Shown here piece by piece: positions 48,283 to 62,202 of a DNA stretch of 64,000 bases. Made by a program: the position numbers and the translations under genes. Below the pieces are notes generated by a model, which worked only from the letters and a program-made list of their open reading frames with translations, did not search any database and had not been told where the DNA came from. How positions within the stretch are numbered: the first letter of the stretch is position 1; every line of letters begins with the position of its first letter. This DNA comes from Octopus sinensis (lineage: Eukaryota), in NCBI RefSeq assembly GCF_006345805.1, contig NC_043006.1, positions 58,714,001 to 58,778,000 of the forward strand, given 5' to 3'.

Positions 48283-49229
48283 TGTAGTGGCTTCATGCAG
48301 GTGTAGCGTGGACGAACCTCGATTGCCAAATTTCACTTAACAGTTCAACAGCACTTTTCTCACGGTGAAACAATAGTTTCTCAGTGAGTGATAATAGTTA
48401 CATTTGCTAGATGCCTTCGCTAAGCAGAATAATGTCTTTGCCACTTGACTCTTCTAACTTCTTCAAGGCCACCAAAAGCTAGACTAAAGATAAAACACCG
48501 CCAACGAAATCCATTGTTCTCAACAATATGTCTATTCTTCTGGCTGGTTTTGAACAGTTATAAAACCAAGAACTCCGTAAGCCAGAGTCAGTTAGTGAGA
48601 ACCGAGTCTGGCTGACCGGCTGAACAAAACTCCGTCTCTGAAGAAAAAGGTACAAAGGGACAACTATGGTAACTCACCAACGAAGCAGTTGCTCCGTCCT
48701 AACACTCACCTTCACTAACTCACTTTCTTTTCTCTGTAACGTTACAATATCTCAATATATATACTATTATGAGGCGGCGAGCTGGCAGAAACGTTAGCAC
48801 GCCGGGCGAAATGCGTAGCCGTATTTCGTCTGCCGTTACGTTCTGAGTTCAAATTCCGCCGAGGTCGACTTTACCTTTCATCCTTTCGGGGTCGATAAAT
48901 TAAGTACCAGTTACGCACTGGGGTCGATGTAATCGACTTAATCCGTTTGTCTGTCCTTGTTTATCCCCTCTGTGTTTAGCCCCTTGTGGGTAGTAAAGAA
49001 ATATATATACTACTATGAGATCGTGCACACACATATACAGGCCGAAATTAATATTCTTTACCTTGCATGTTTTATGAACTGTGTTATACTATTACACTAG
49101 CCTATCCGTCGTGGTATGGCATATATTAAAGTAACGGTAAATATATACTTCTTTACAACTTCGATCACTGTTCTTCTTTCATCTTTCACATCTTACAATA
49201 TGACGTTGCAATAAATATTTGCCGTTATA
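48283..49229 (+). mobile_element. Solo LTR (same family group as 29460-30222) with a SINE-B insertion
   Basis: TATA|TGTAGTG...CGTTATA|TATA; shares GTAACGGTAAAT..ATACTTC with the 29.5-kb LTR in opposite orientation. Confidence 0.6.
48772..49001 (+). mobile_element. SINE family B, young
   Basis: Near-consensus; flanked by a near-perfect direct repeat AATATATATACTA(T/C)TATGA. Confidence 0.9.
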
Positions 49230-49625
49230 TATATACTAGCAACTAAGCCCGGTTTCAACCGGTCCCGTTTGGATGATGTGTGATGTGGCTGTGATCGTTT
49301 TCGATTAAGCATAATCTATAATAGCGTTTCTCAACCATATCATTTCGGGTCCCCTGTTTCGATTGGAGCCTCCAGCCGTATGAAAATTTCCTGACTCCCC
49401 CCACCCTCGCCTTGTCAGAAAACAGCTTCAGGAGTTGTGAAGGACGGATTTGTACGTAGTCTGTTTCTGAGAGCTATTCTATTGGACCTCTGCCTAATTA
49501 TTGAAACATTGATTTAATTATGAACATAGAAAGAAATTATACATTAATCCCTATTTTTGAAAGCAGTTGTATCCGTAAAAAATTTATTTGCAGAGAGCAG
49601 AAATTGAAAGAAGATATATAAAATG

Positions 49626-49661
<36 letters not shown>

Positions 49662-50252
49662 TGCGCGTGTGTATTTGTTTACAATAGTTGATTTATGGAA
49701 AAGATAATGTTAAATTTTTGAAATGCAATTATGTGAATGAAAATTAAGTTCAGACCTCTACATGGCTGCTAGACCTGGTAGAAATAGCAGCCAAATCTCC
49801 CTCAAAACACCCTACTGTCTTAATCCGACAATTCTGCCTATTATGTAGTTTGAATGAGAAACTGTAATTAAAGATTAAGATTATTGACCCCACAAAGAGG
49901 TGAAAGAAGAGAGACAGCATAGCGAAAGTTTTGGCTGAATGTCATCCTGTATATCCCCTTGTTGCTAGCGAAATGGTATATGTCGGCTGTGTGAGCAACT
50001 GGTTGTTTTAATGGCGGAACATCAGGGGAATTCCATTAGAAAAAGTTTTAATCGATTTTCTCGATAAGTATGGGGGCTAGGAAAAAAATACAAACCGCAT
50101 TCCAATGTATGCACCCATCTGCACATGTGTGCCATTTTTCACTTGAATCCACCCAGCCGTTTGGCTGTGACCCTCAAGACAAAAAAAGAATACAACGATC
50201 GCCCATGTCCAATCTATATTATTTATATTATATTATATTATATTATATTATT

Positions 50253-50301
<49 letters not shown>

Positions 50302-50319
50302 CTATATATATACCTCTTT

Positions 50320-50670
50320 TACTCTGCTACTTGTTTCAGTCATTTGAGTGTGGCCATGCTGGAGCAGCGTCTATTAGTTGAAGAAATCGACCCCTGAAGT
50401 ATTCTTTGTAAGCCTGGTGCTTATTGTATTGATATCTTCCGCCGAACCGCTAGGTTACACCAACATCAGTTTCTAAGCGATGGTGGGGGGAACAAACACA
50501 GACACAAATACACCCCTCCACACACATATTGGACATACTTCGTTCCGTTTCCGTCCACTTTGGTCAACCCAAGGGAATAGTAGAAGTTACTTACCCACGG
50601 ACTGAAGCCGAACCGTGTGGTTGGCAAGCAAACAAGCAAGCTTCTTTGCACACACCACGCCCGTGCCTAT
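50320..50670 (-). mobile_element. SINE family A, diverged
   Basis: Tail and head recognisable. Confidence 0.65.
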
Positions 50671-50716
50671 AGATATACATACATACATATATACATATAT
50701 ATAAATATATGTATAT

Positions 50717-50796
<80 letters not shown>

Positions 50797-50879
50797 TATA
50801 TATGCATATATATATATATATATATAATATGCATATATATATATACATACATATATTTATATATGTACATATATATAAT

Positions 50880-52073
50880 TGTTACGGTTGGCTAAGTGCA
50901 TTTCGGGTTTAATTAGTGTAGTGTTTCTGGTGACCCACATAGGAATAATGGCACCATCATGTCTGGTGAAAATGTGACAGTCTTTTGTCTAATGGAGGAC
51001 TGATGGTTTTTGGAATGACCTGTGACCTCGTGCGGCTGAGAAGAGGGTCAGTGAGCAGTGGAGAGAGAGGACAGATTAAAGGGAATCTAACAGATGGAGA
51101 GGGTATTGACAGTAAGAGAAAAGGGACAGAGTAAGGAATCAGATAGCAATAGAAAGGCTAAGAGACAGCAGGCGATATAGATAGGGTATAAGGACCAGGG
51201 CAGTTAGAAAGGGTAGAGCGATATAGAAGAGGGAGATGAGGAGTGGAAGCGAGGACAGAGACGAAGTGAGGTCTTGGTAGTCGTTGAGCGGTCGTCGAGG
51301 AACACAGACGGATCTTGAGTCGCTGGCCGCCCTCGAAGATGGCGCAGACGGACTCTGGAGGTCAGAGCGAGTGGATGGACCCTTGGATTTAAGAGAGCAA
51401 GCGTTGGATTCCTGGGAGCGAGCTGGATGCGAGGAGGCCTAGGAGCAGCGATGGAATATGCACAGAGGGGAATTAGCAGAGTATTCAGAGGATTTAGCAG
51501 GATTGAGAGGAATGGGACACTGGCAGATTCAATTAGGAATTAAGGTATGTGATTTGTGTATTGAACAGTGAAGAAAAAGAAGGACTCTGTCGATGTAGTC
51601 GATAAAGAACATTGTGAATTGAGTAAAGGACTTGTTGAATTGCAACGTGAATTGTTGTGATACGAACATTTTATAGTTATCGAAGTGTTCTGATTGGACT
51701 GTGACGTATCGTGAACATTATTTGATCTGGACTTGTTGTTGTCGTTACTGAACCTGTTATATTGTTACATGCATGTTGTTAAACTTTGATCCGTGGTATA
51801 CCTCGTATGATGTATTGATTTGTTGTTTGCCTTAAATGTATTTGATGTGTAGCAATTGATTGTCGTATAAACTGTTGTTTGAATATAAGCCAGTGTTGCC
51901 ATTTGTTGCCTTGCCTCTTTGGGTTGTATCTCGGGTTGTGCCTCTGTATCTCTGTGCTGTTGAGGTTGTGGCAGTATCTATCTGTACTCCTCTCTCCGCC
52001 TTCTTTGGGTTCCGTGGCGGAACTTGTGTGAGCTTTCGGGACGGGCGACGACGGGTGATTCCGTTTCGTAACA
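50880..52073 (+). mobile_element. Probable solo LTR (~1.2 kb) in a (TA)n tract
   Basis: Termini TGTTACG...CGTAACA and non-coding LTR-like composition; no clean TSD readable in the microsatellite. Confidence 0.55.
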
Positions 52074-52504
52074 ATATAATATATATATATATATATATAT
52101 AATATATATATCTATATATATATATATATAATATATTAATATATATATATAATATATATATACATATATACACCACATATGTATACACACATAAATATAC
52201 ATACATAAATATATATATATAATACATAAAAATATATATATACATATATATATATAATATATGCATATCATACATATGCATACATACATATACATATATA
52301 CGTATATATATATATATAAAATATCTACGGACGTACGATTTATCATAAATGTATGATAGAACTTAAAATTGTATGATAGTACTTAAAATTATATAACTAT
52401 ATATATATACACCTACATATACATATATATATATATACACATATATATACACATATATACATATATATATGCATATACACCTATATATACATACATACAT
52501 ATAC

Positions 52505-52547
<43 letters not shown>

Positions 52548-52954
52548 CAAACTTGCATACATACATATACATACATGTACATAAATACATTTTGAAAGTA
52601 ATAGAAATGAAACTAATATATATAGTAACAAAATAACCATCTACTACCATTCCATAGCAGTTCGCCAAACGCACTCTAGCCCACACACCACCCATGAGTC
52701 TATCTGCTACTACTAAATTCAAACCACGACGGATGGAGGAGATAGTCTCGAAATCGACGATTTTAAACCAACGATTTTAAACCAACGGAGACAACACCCG
52801 CATATGGCCTGAGGAAGGAACTAGATCTCATTATGTAAACAAACAGCCGCATAATCAAATGCCTGTATTTTGGAGAGAACTACGTTGCGTTGAAAGAATT
52901 GCAGCGATTAAAAAATAACTCAGTTCTATATTTAAGAGATGAGGAATTATGTAC

Positions 52955-53074
52955 ATTATTTACATTTGACGGATATTTGTCGTCATCTTGTTTGTTGTTG
53001 ACACAACGTTTCGGCTGATATACCCTCCAGCATTCAAACAAGATGAGGACAAATATCCGTCAAATGTAAATAAT
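52955..53074. repeat. Foldback with 40-bp arms; loop contains a truncated hammerhead (stem II + GAAACGT) on the minus strand
   Basis: Arms 52955-52994 and 53035-53074 (1 mismatch). The loop reverse complement is GCTG-GAGGGTATAT-CAGC-C-GAAA-CGT-T. Confidence 0.75.
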
Positions 53075-53129
53075 ATAGATAATAAAAAAAATAATAAAAA
53101 AATAAAATAAAAAATAAAAAAAATCAACT

Positions 53130-53391
53130 GTCCAACCGTACACCTTCCGGGCAAGGTTGTTTATGGAAGACCAGCAGTCGCTCATGCATACCGGCCTCCC
53201 CTTTCCATGCCACTAGTGTTATCCAAGGGAAAGGCAACAACTGATTCAGCATGGCATCTGGGACGTCGAAATTCATTTCTACAGCCTAGTGTCTTGCTCA
53301 AGAACACAACACGCAGTCCGGTCCGGGATTCGAACTCACAACCTCATGATCCTAAGCTCGACGCTCTAACCACTTAGCCATGCGCCTTCAC
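53130..53391 (-). mobile_element. SINE family D
   Basis: Head GTGAAGGCGCATGGCTAAGTGGTTAGAGCG...GTTCGAATCCC. Confidence 0.8.
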
Positions 53392-53562
53392 TATATACCA
53401 TAACTATATATATATATATATATATATAGTTAACATACCATAACTAAATATATAATGCACGTACGTACGTACATACATACATACATACATACATTACAAA
53501 CATATGTATGCATGTATACATTATAAACACACAAACACAAACACATAAAGGAATAAATGAGG

Positions 53563-53812
53563 AATAAATGATTATCTTATCAACTTCATTAGCTTACAGG
53601 TGTTTCTGCCATAAGATGTAGCGGATTCATATTTGAGTGCCCGAATAAAATATAGCTTCATCAGAGCCTCGAATATGAAGTGTAAATTGCATTTCATATT
53701 CCAGGTTCTGATGAAGCTATAAGGTGTTATTCAGGCACTCAAATATGAGTCCACTGAGTCTTATAGCCTAAATATCTGCAAGCTAATGAAGTGCATAAGA
53801 ATAATAATTCAT
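53563..53812. mobile_element. Palindromic (foldback) element with two divergent hammerhead motifs
   Basis: ~110-bp arms around the central hairpin GAATATGAA...TTCATATTC. Hammerheads at 53591-53668 (-) and 53704-53784 (+). Confidence 0.8.
53591..53668 (-). ncRNA. Type I hammerhead ribozyme motif, core intact
   Basis: GGCT-CTGATGA-A GCTATA...TATGGC A-GAAA-CA CC TG-TA-AGCT; triplet GUA, with A.A at the base of stem II. Confidence 0.7.
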
Positions 53813-53842
53813 TCTTTTGTCATCGCTATTTCTTATTACTGT

Positions 53843-54140
53843 GGAGGCGCAATGGCCCAGTGGTTAGCGCAGCGGACTCGCTGTCGGAGGATCGCGGCTT
53901 CGATTCCCAGACCGGGCGTTGTGTGTATTTATTGAGCGGAAACATATAAAAGCTCTATGAGGCTCCGGCAGGGGGTGGTGGAGATCCCTGTTGTACTCTT
54001 TCGCCCCAACTTTCTCTCACTCTTTCTTCCTGTTTCTTGAGTAACGATGCGATGGACTGGCGTCCCTTCTAGCTGGGGGGAACACATACGCCACAGAAAC
54101 CGGGAAACCGGGCCCATGAGCGTGGCCAGGCTTGAAAAAA
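53843..54140 (+). mobile_element. tRNA-derived SINE, family C
   Basis: GGAGGCGCAATGGCCCAGTGGTTAG...TTCGATTCCC head. Confidence 0.85.
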
Positions 54141-54177
54141 GCGCATAAATAAAAATTTTAAAAATTTCTTATTACCA

Positions 54178-54220
<43 letters not shown>

Positions 54221-54221
54221 A

Positions 54222-54256
<35 letters not shown>

Positions 54257-54338
54257 TTCTGCATACATACATACATACATACATACATACATACATACAT
54301 ACATACATACATACATACATACATACATACATACATAC

Positions 54339-54716
54339 GAGGTGCAATGGCCCAGTTGTTAGGGCAGCGGACTCGCGGTCGTAGGATCGTGGTTTCGATT
54401 CCCAGACCAGGTGTTGTGAGTGTTTATTGAGCAAAAACGCCTAAAGCTTCACGAGGCTCCGGCAGGGCGTGGTGGCGAAACCTGGTGTACACTTTTACCA
54501 CAACTTTCTTTCACTCTTTCTTACTGTTTTTGTCTTACCTGTATTTCAGAGTGCAACAATGTCACACTCTGTGTCACGCTGAATCTCCCCGAGAACTACG
54601 TTAAGGGTACACGTGTCTGTAGAGTGCTCAGCCACTTGCACGTTAATTTCACGAAAAGGCTGTTCCGTTGATCGGATCAACCGGAACCCTCGTCGTCGTA
54701 ACCGACGGAGTGCCAC
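54339..54716 (+). mobile_element. SINE family C (different tail)
   Basis: Same head as 53843; longer tail ending GACGGAGTGCCAC. Confidence 0.85.
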
Positions 54717-54878
54717 GATAACATACATACATTTGGAAAAAATGTATAAGGCTTGAACTTTCATTATAGTAGTATCTATGGAAGGCCGGTAGGATTATTA
54801 TTTATATGGACTTAAAGATGGATCGCAATTTAGCATATAATTTAGTTATTGCAGTTTACTTTTAATATCAATACAATG

Positions 54879-54978
54879 NNNNNNNNNNNNNNNNNNNNNN
54901 NNNNNNNNNNNNNNNNNNNNNNNNNNNNNNNNNNNNNNNNNNNNNNNNNNNNNNNNNNNNNNNNNNNNNNNNNNNNNN
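54879..54978. other. Assembly gap (100 N)
   Basis: Run of exactly 100 N, the usual placeholder for a gap of unknown size; the two sides may not be truly adjacent. Confidence 0.99.
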
Positions 54979-57058
54979 CAAGAAAAGTAGCATTGATAAC
55001 GTTTGTAATTGAATTTGACTGTATAGTATTGTGGTACTACAGTGTGCGTTCTGTGGCAGTAACACATTGCTTTAAGGTGGTAATAGCTATCCTGATACAT
55101 TGATATACAATATATGTGTATATCATCTTCAATATCACACGTAACATGGTAAGTTTATGATGGCTGTGTATGATTTATTACCCACTGTGATAATATTCAC
55201 ATACTGTTGTTTAAATAACGATATCTCTCCTTAACGGTTTATTGTATTATGCTGTAGTGTAGTGATATCCTGTCCAACGAAGTGAAATGCTGTTTGCAAC
55301 AATGCAGTCGCAAAAACTGATACAGGTGCGTGAGATATTATTGCATACACTGTAAAAAGATGTTACCTATATGTATTTTTAAAACATCATATGCTAGAAT
55401 AAAATGGATTTCCATCTGATTCGACGAGCAAGATTCAGTTGTTGGAGCTACTGAATTATCTGCTCAGTGACTTACCGTATAAGTGATTGAGTATTCCATG
55501 GACACATGTATCCTTAATGTATTTCTCAGGTAGAAAAAATTTGAGCATAGTGTGTGACAAGGCCGTACCTTTGAATTAAAAGGGAAAAATCCATCCATTC
55601 GACGAGTTTCCACGCAGTTTTCTTCTACTCAATTTTATTCACAAAATTTAGGTTGATCCTAGGGAATGATATAAGACACGCTATAGGTATCACGCAGTGG
55701 GATCGAATCGTGGATTTTGTGATTGCAAAGCGAACCCCTTAATCATTCGGCCATACTGCCTCTACAGTACAGCACATAGAAATATCATATATGCTATACA
55801 ATACATACAAAATACTAAGAGTATAACAGCTCTAAATATCAAATGATTGCGCACAGTACAAACAATTATCATATGCTTGAGTAAAGTAACGGATTCAAGT
55901 ATCACATATTCTATAGTGCATTCAAGTGTCATATACTATAGAGTAGCATATTCCAGTATCATAAGTTACTGTACAATATATTAGATATCATATAACTATA
56001 GTACATTCAAATATGTTACGTTATTGTACAATAGGAATATGTAGACAAATAGATTACTTCATATCACATACTACTTAGAATATACCGGTATATGATGCCA
56101 ATAATATATCGCCAAAATAAACTGAAATAGCTATAACAATATAGTACATTTGTAATATAAAACAGAGTACAGCGGGAAGAAACCGTCCAAAAAAGCTGTC
56201 ATAGTATCAGTTGGTATTTTTTGTTGTTCAGTAATTCTATAGAAATCAAAGAATGATACTGTTTATGATAAATGGTTGGTATTCTGTCGTATTTAATGTT
56301 TCCACAAGCATACGTTGCTAGTGGCATTGATTGAGGAGACGTATGATCAAAAACATTTCAGTCGTAACCATCCCTTCATTTTATATTTAACACTACATTG
56401 TCCAATGCGTCCTTCTGTTTTTTTGAAAACGACAGAGTGTGAGTTGATGGAATTTGCTGTTATTTCTAGTAAATCAAGCGACTACTTAGCTGCCTTCTCA
56501 TTACTATGTCAATATCTTAACAAGTCTACCAACTGAATGGTGTAGATTTGTACTTTTTTCTGCTAGCATAGAGAATTAATGGGGTTATGTTGGAGATTAT
56601 TGGCAATCAATTTCCTCTGATAAGTCTGGCTGTGTTGCATGTTCGATTCTTACCCAAGTCATTTCCCTTTATTTACTATTTATTTTTTCTTTGTGAGTTC
56701 GTGCCTAGTAAAGAATGGAGCTTATGGGAATGACTCTTAAATCGAAATATTAGTTGTTCGAACGACACTTTAAGAGGTCGGGACGTATTTCATCGTTTAT
56801 AGAAGCGTTGAGACGTCAAAATAGATATTAAATGAAACGAATCATTCGGTTAGGGCAGTGACGTGATGAAAAAATACCAAATCGGCAGATTACTTGGCAC
56901 ACATATTTCTCTACTGTGTTCTGCTAATGTTTCTTGAGTTCTTTACAGTTATACACAAAGATTGGTTGTTTTCGGCTTTGGGATTCAAGATTCGACAGTA
57001 GCTGCTCCGTGTAATTGATTAGAATGGACGAAGACTACTGCACACAGACACACACACA

Positions 57059-57161
<103 letters not shown>

Positions 57162-57276
57162 CACATGTACTTTGTTGTGAGAGAACGAGAGTGTATTTAT
57201 GTGTGTAAGAGGGTAAGAAAATGTATCTAAGTGTATATGCATGTGTACGAATATATATATGCATAAATGCATATAT

Positions 57277-57308
<32 letters not shown>

Positions 57309-57426
57309 GCACCTACATATATACATACGTATATAATATATGTATTATATATATTATATATATATATATATGTATGTATGTTATATATATATATAATATA
57401 TATATATAATATAATATATATATATG

Positions 57427-57478
<52 letters not shown>

Positions 57479-59093
57479 TATATAATATATATATATATAT
57501 CTTTGCGAGTGAGTGGACAAACGAAAGAGAAAGGCACTCAACACAGGTAGTAAGAATTACATTATTATTTAAAACAGCGTGATTCGGGTCCATATGACTT
57601 GAAACTTAGCTTGTTCAAGCTCAGATTACAGTAATCTGGGCCTGAAAGAGTTAAGTTTCTGTTAGAAGTCTGCGAAACTTTAGGTCGCATAGAATTGAAT
57701 CAAACTGTTTTACATGAAAATAACAATATCTGTCATACAAGGAAAACTTTATAACAGATTGCGTTATGAAATAACCGGAGATTGTGCAATATTCATAAAT
57801 AACCCTTAAGATTTACAATGGACTCCCGACGGTATTATGTATCAGTGACCATGACCAATCAGTAGTTATGATCATTGATATCATAGCACTGTTTGGAGTC
57901 CATTATATACAGATTTGAAAGTGTTACGCAATCTCTGATGATTTGATAATGGAACCAGCTTAAAAGGTTTTACTTATATAATAGATATTATTAATGAAAT
58001 ACGCGCAGGATGACAAATAATTGGCGATCAATCTTTCATGTTTTTTTCCTTCTCTCCCTCCATCTCTGTGTGTGTGTATATATTTTTTTTGTGTGTGAGT
58101 GTATATATATGTATGTATGTGTGTATGTATGTATGTATCTATATATGTGTGTGTATATATATCCATATACAGACATACATACACACATACATACACAAAT
58201 ACATATATACATGATACATATATCTACACGTGTATGCTTTTAATCATCAACACAAGATTTATTTTTTGATCAGGTTATATTTTTAGTGAGTTGTTATAAC
58301 GTTGATTCCATTTTGAGGCCATAGACAACATATTATTTACAGCAGAGAAATTACGAGAGGTTATGACGTCAATATATTAACAATGGAAGTGAAGTGAGTT
58401 GACTTTCATCAGCAATCACTGCTATAACATAGAGAAAGATCACCAAAAGATTACCTGTTGGTGTTTGATGGTTCTCCCACCTATATTTCAAACATTAATT
58501 ACGTTTTCGAACTTGGAAAAAGTTCGTATGAGGAAATTGGTTGCTGCTATGTTCAAGCTTCCGAGAAGTTTAGCGATGCGAAGGTGGCGTGAAGTTTGCT
58601 TTACAACAAGAGGAATGAAATCTTTTCACAGATCTGGTCTATTGCTCTTCATATCAATTATCCATTATTGAAATATTGATTCCACATGAGCAGTAAGAAA
58701 AGATGGAAAGCCATGATTTGAATTAATTTAACTATTGTACAGGAATGCTGATTTAATTGTGGCATTGTTTTTCAATTGATTTTCAAAACTCCCGGCCAGA
58801 TTCTTTCATAACGTCGCGTATTCAATTCTCCATAGTAAATAATAGTGATCGCCATGAAGTTTAAAACTATCATATTATAATACTGGAAACAATCACCATG
58901 ATCACCATCATCTTAGTCATCATCACCTTTATCATCATCATCATCATCATAATCTAGATCTTGATCACATTCTTCAACCGTACTGTCAGCCCTCCACGCC
59001 TCTTGCCTCACATGTTTTTGCTGTACTGCGGTCACCTCTCGAACTCACATGAAAAGAATGCTGCTACTGTTGCTGCTGCTGCTGCTGCTGCTA

Positions 59094-59165
<72 letters not shown>

Positions 59166-59419
59166 ATGTGGTGACCTAATTTACTCTATAGGTATCTATA
59201 GTTAGCGGACTGGACTGGCGAGAAATTGTTTTGACCATGGATATAACACTAGATTCGAACAACCAGTCTTTTCAATTCAAACATCTGTGCCTCTCATTAT
59301 GTAGTAATATACCACTACTATACTATACTACACTATACTATACTATACTATACATATATATATATATATATATATAGTTGTATGTATACTATTATAGTAG
59401 AAAATCTCTATCTTTTTTT

Positions 59420-59850
59420 TCATCGTTTTACTTGTTTCAGTTTTGCTGGGGCACTGCCTTGTAGAATTTTAGTCGAACAAATCGATCTCAATATTTATGT
59501 TATAAAGCCTGGTACTGATTTTATCAGTCTGTTATGCCGAACTTCTACGTTATAGGAACGTAAACATATCAACTCTGTTGTCAAGCGATGGTGGGAGACA
59601 AACACAGGTACAAAGACACACAGGCGCAAAGACACCCACACCCACACATACACGCACACACACACACACGCACGCATTTCAGATTCCGTCTACCAAATTC
59701 ATTCACAAGCCTTTGGTTGCACCGAGGCAATAATAGAAAATATTTTCCCGAGGTACCGAGGCAATAATAGAAAATATTTTCCCGAGGTACCAGGCAGTAG
59801 GACTGGACCCGGAACCATGTGGCTGGGAAGTAAATTTGATACCACACAGC
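59420..59850 (-). mobile_element. SINE family A, diverged
   Basis: Tail, (CA)n, body with a small internal duplication, head. Confidence 0.75.
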
Positions 59851-59941
59851 TGTGTATGTATGTATGTATGTATGTATGTATGTATGTATGTATGTATGTA
59901 TGTATGTATGTATGTATGTATGTGTCTATCTATCTACCTAC

Positions 59942-59980
<39 letters not shown>

Positions 59981-60529
59981 CCTATCTATCTATCTATCTA
60001 TCCATCTATCTATCTATCTATCTATCCATCTATCTATCACATGTGTGTATACTACCACTATATACAGTAGTTTTATAACACCACTTAAATAGTATATTTA
60101 AATATATTGTGATATATCTAAAGTATATTTATATTATTATCACTGTCATATAATTGAGAATTGAGTTATTAGATTTAAATATATCAAATTTCTGGCAATA
60201 TCACGTGTTATTTCCCAATGTAGGTCTTTAAGAGCTGTTAGCTAAAAGACTTCTAATAAAACAGTTGCAAGTGCGAATTGTCAACCGTCTGAATGGACAA
60301 ACTATTTGTATGTAGAATATTGATTAATCTCTTGTCAACGAGTTCATTACTATACTCCTTTACTTTATATTAAGTGTTCATAATTAGTTGTTGTTGTGAA
60401 GCCCTTGGATCCCTCCTGTTCAAACAAGACAAATAACATTGTGGTAGCTGATCAAACATCTGAGTTTGTTTACTGATCGAGCTGACTTGTTTGTTGTGTC
60501 AACAGTGACACTATTATAATTGTTATTAA

Positions 60530-60680
60530 TGAAGGGGCATGACCTAGCAGTTAAGGATGTTCGGCTCATGATTATAGCGCCATGGATTCAATTCATGGGC
60601 CGGACAGCTCGTTGTATCCTTGGGCAAGGCACTTCATTTTACGTTGCTGCGGTCCACTCAGATATAAATGAGCACTAGTC
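60530..60680 (+). mobile_element. SINE family D, diverged
   Basis: tRNA-like head plus CCTTGGGCAAGGCACTT core. Confidence 0.65.
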
Positions 60681-62039
60681 GTTTACTGTCAGGCCCTATC
60701 TCCCTCCAGTAGTCACATCCTACATGTTCCACCGGATCAAGCATGACCTCACATAGGCATCTAAAACAATTAATGAAAGCATGGTACATATTACCAAGCC
60801 ATAACCTGCACTTTTTCGACACCTTGCTGTACTGGCCCAACTGTAATTTCTGTTGTTATTAAGGGAAATAAAAGACGAAGCGATGACCTCGAAGGCACAC
60901 TAACTCGTATAGACGATACATTAAAATATTTAGCTTTATTTCGCTTTCTGTGATCAGATCTCACCGGAGTTGGCTTGGCACATGACTACCTTGGAGGTTG
61001 TGAAATTAAATTCTACGAATATATTGGAGTTCGGTTTAATCAACTATAATGCAATTGTTTAAGACACTGTCTTGGTTATCCAATGAAAAGTGGTTTGTAT
61101 CATTAATGAGAAATACTGTGGCAGTTGTAAATTACTCTATACGTTACTGCACCACGCGAAATTAGTAGACAGCGTTGATGAGATGAATGAGAGTTCATGA
61201 CACCGTTGTTGGCCTTTTGTGGCGTGACGATATTAGGAGCGGAACAAAATGTTTGCTTGATGGGTCAAATGGGGTGATTATATAATACGTGTGAAGGAAC
61301 TGAGAATAATGGTTGAGGAAATACAAGATCGCTAATGTTTGATATAAATGTAAGTAATTCAAACAGTCAAAATAAACAAACGAGCGAAAATCTGGAAAAT
61401 CTGAAGCATCTGCGAAGGAACATCAAATTCTTTGACTCACTAAACCACGATTTCTCACAATTTTTCAAACTCACGGTAGACCACGATTTCTGGCATTATT
61501 TGTCATTCAGTGGTGTCACAAAATTTGAGGAAACCTGCAGAGGTCTCTTCATTGATAGATGGGTGCATGTACGAACTCAGTTCGCAACCACCTGGTTCTG
61601 GGATCGAGCTCTTTGCGTAGCATCTTGGGCAAATAGTTTCTACTGTAGCTCCATTGTGTGGAATACCGTAAGCGAAAATGTGCCGAAGCATTTCCAATGT
61701 ATGTAACTAATAACCTTGATTGGCCTTCGCAGTCCGACAATATTAAAAATATAACTAACAATCTCTACTCGGCTTGTCGGTCGGATGATACTAAGAATAT
61801 GCTTAATAACTTTCACCGGGCTTCAAGGTTGGTTCATCGGTACTAAAAATTAAAAAAAAAAAAGAAAACCAGAACAAAAGCAAACGAAAAGATTTAATAC
61901 AGCATTGCGACATATTTCAATATCAGCGGTATTAACTAATCAATGAGGCTTTTTGTGTCTTCTAGGACTGTCTAAGTATTACATGTCACCGCGGCGGTCC
62001 TTAACTGTAGTAAACAGTAGTTCAACCAATGCTTTGGTT

Positions 62040-62157
62040 GTTTATTTTATTCAATAAAACCCAAACCAGACAGTAACAGAACACTCGCACAGCATCTGAT
62101 AATAATCGCAATTGACACGAGTAACTATCAATAGTAGTAGTAGTAGTAGTAGTAGTG

Positions 62158-62202
<45 letters not shown>

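Noticed and set aside
54846-55103. ORFs containing X runs
   Set aside because: Artefacts of the 100-N gap.
58494-58600. Possible 96-nt minus-strand exon (QTSRHLRIAKLLGSLNIAATNFLIRTFSKFEN) with AG/GT ends
   Set aside because: Splice-like motifs only; no recognisable homology, so it cannot be supported without transcripts.
61335-61706. 123-aa plus-strand ORF
   Set aside because: The distal half is a decayed SINE-A head; the rest has no recognisable domain.
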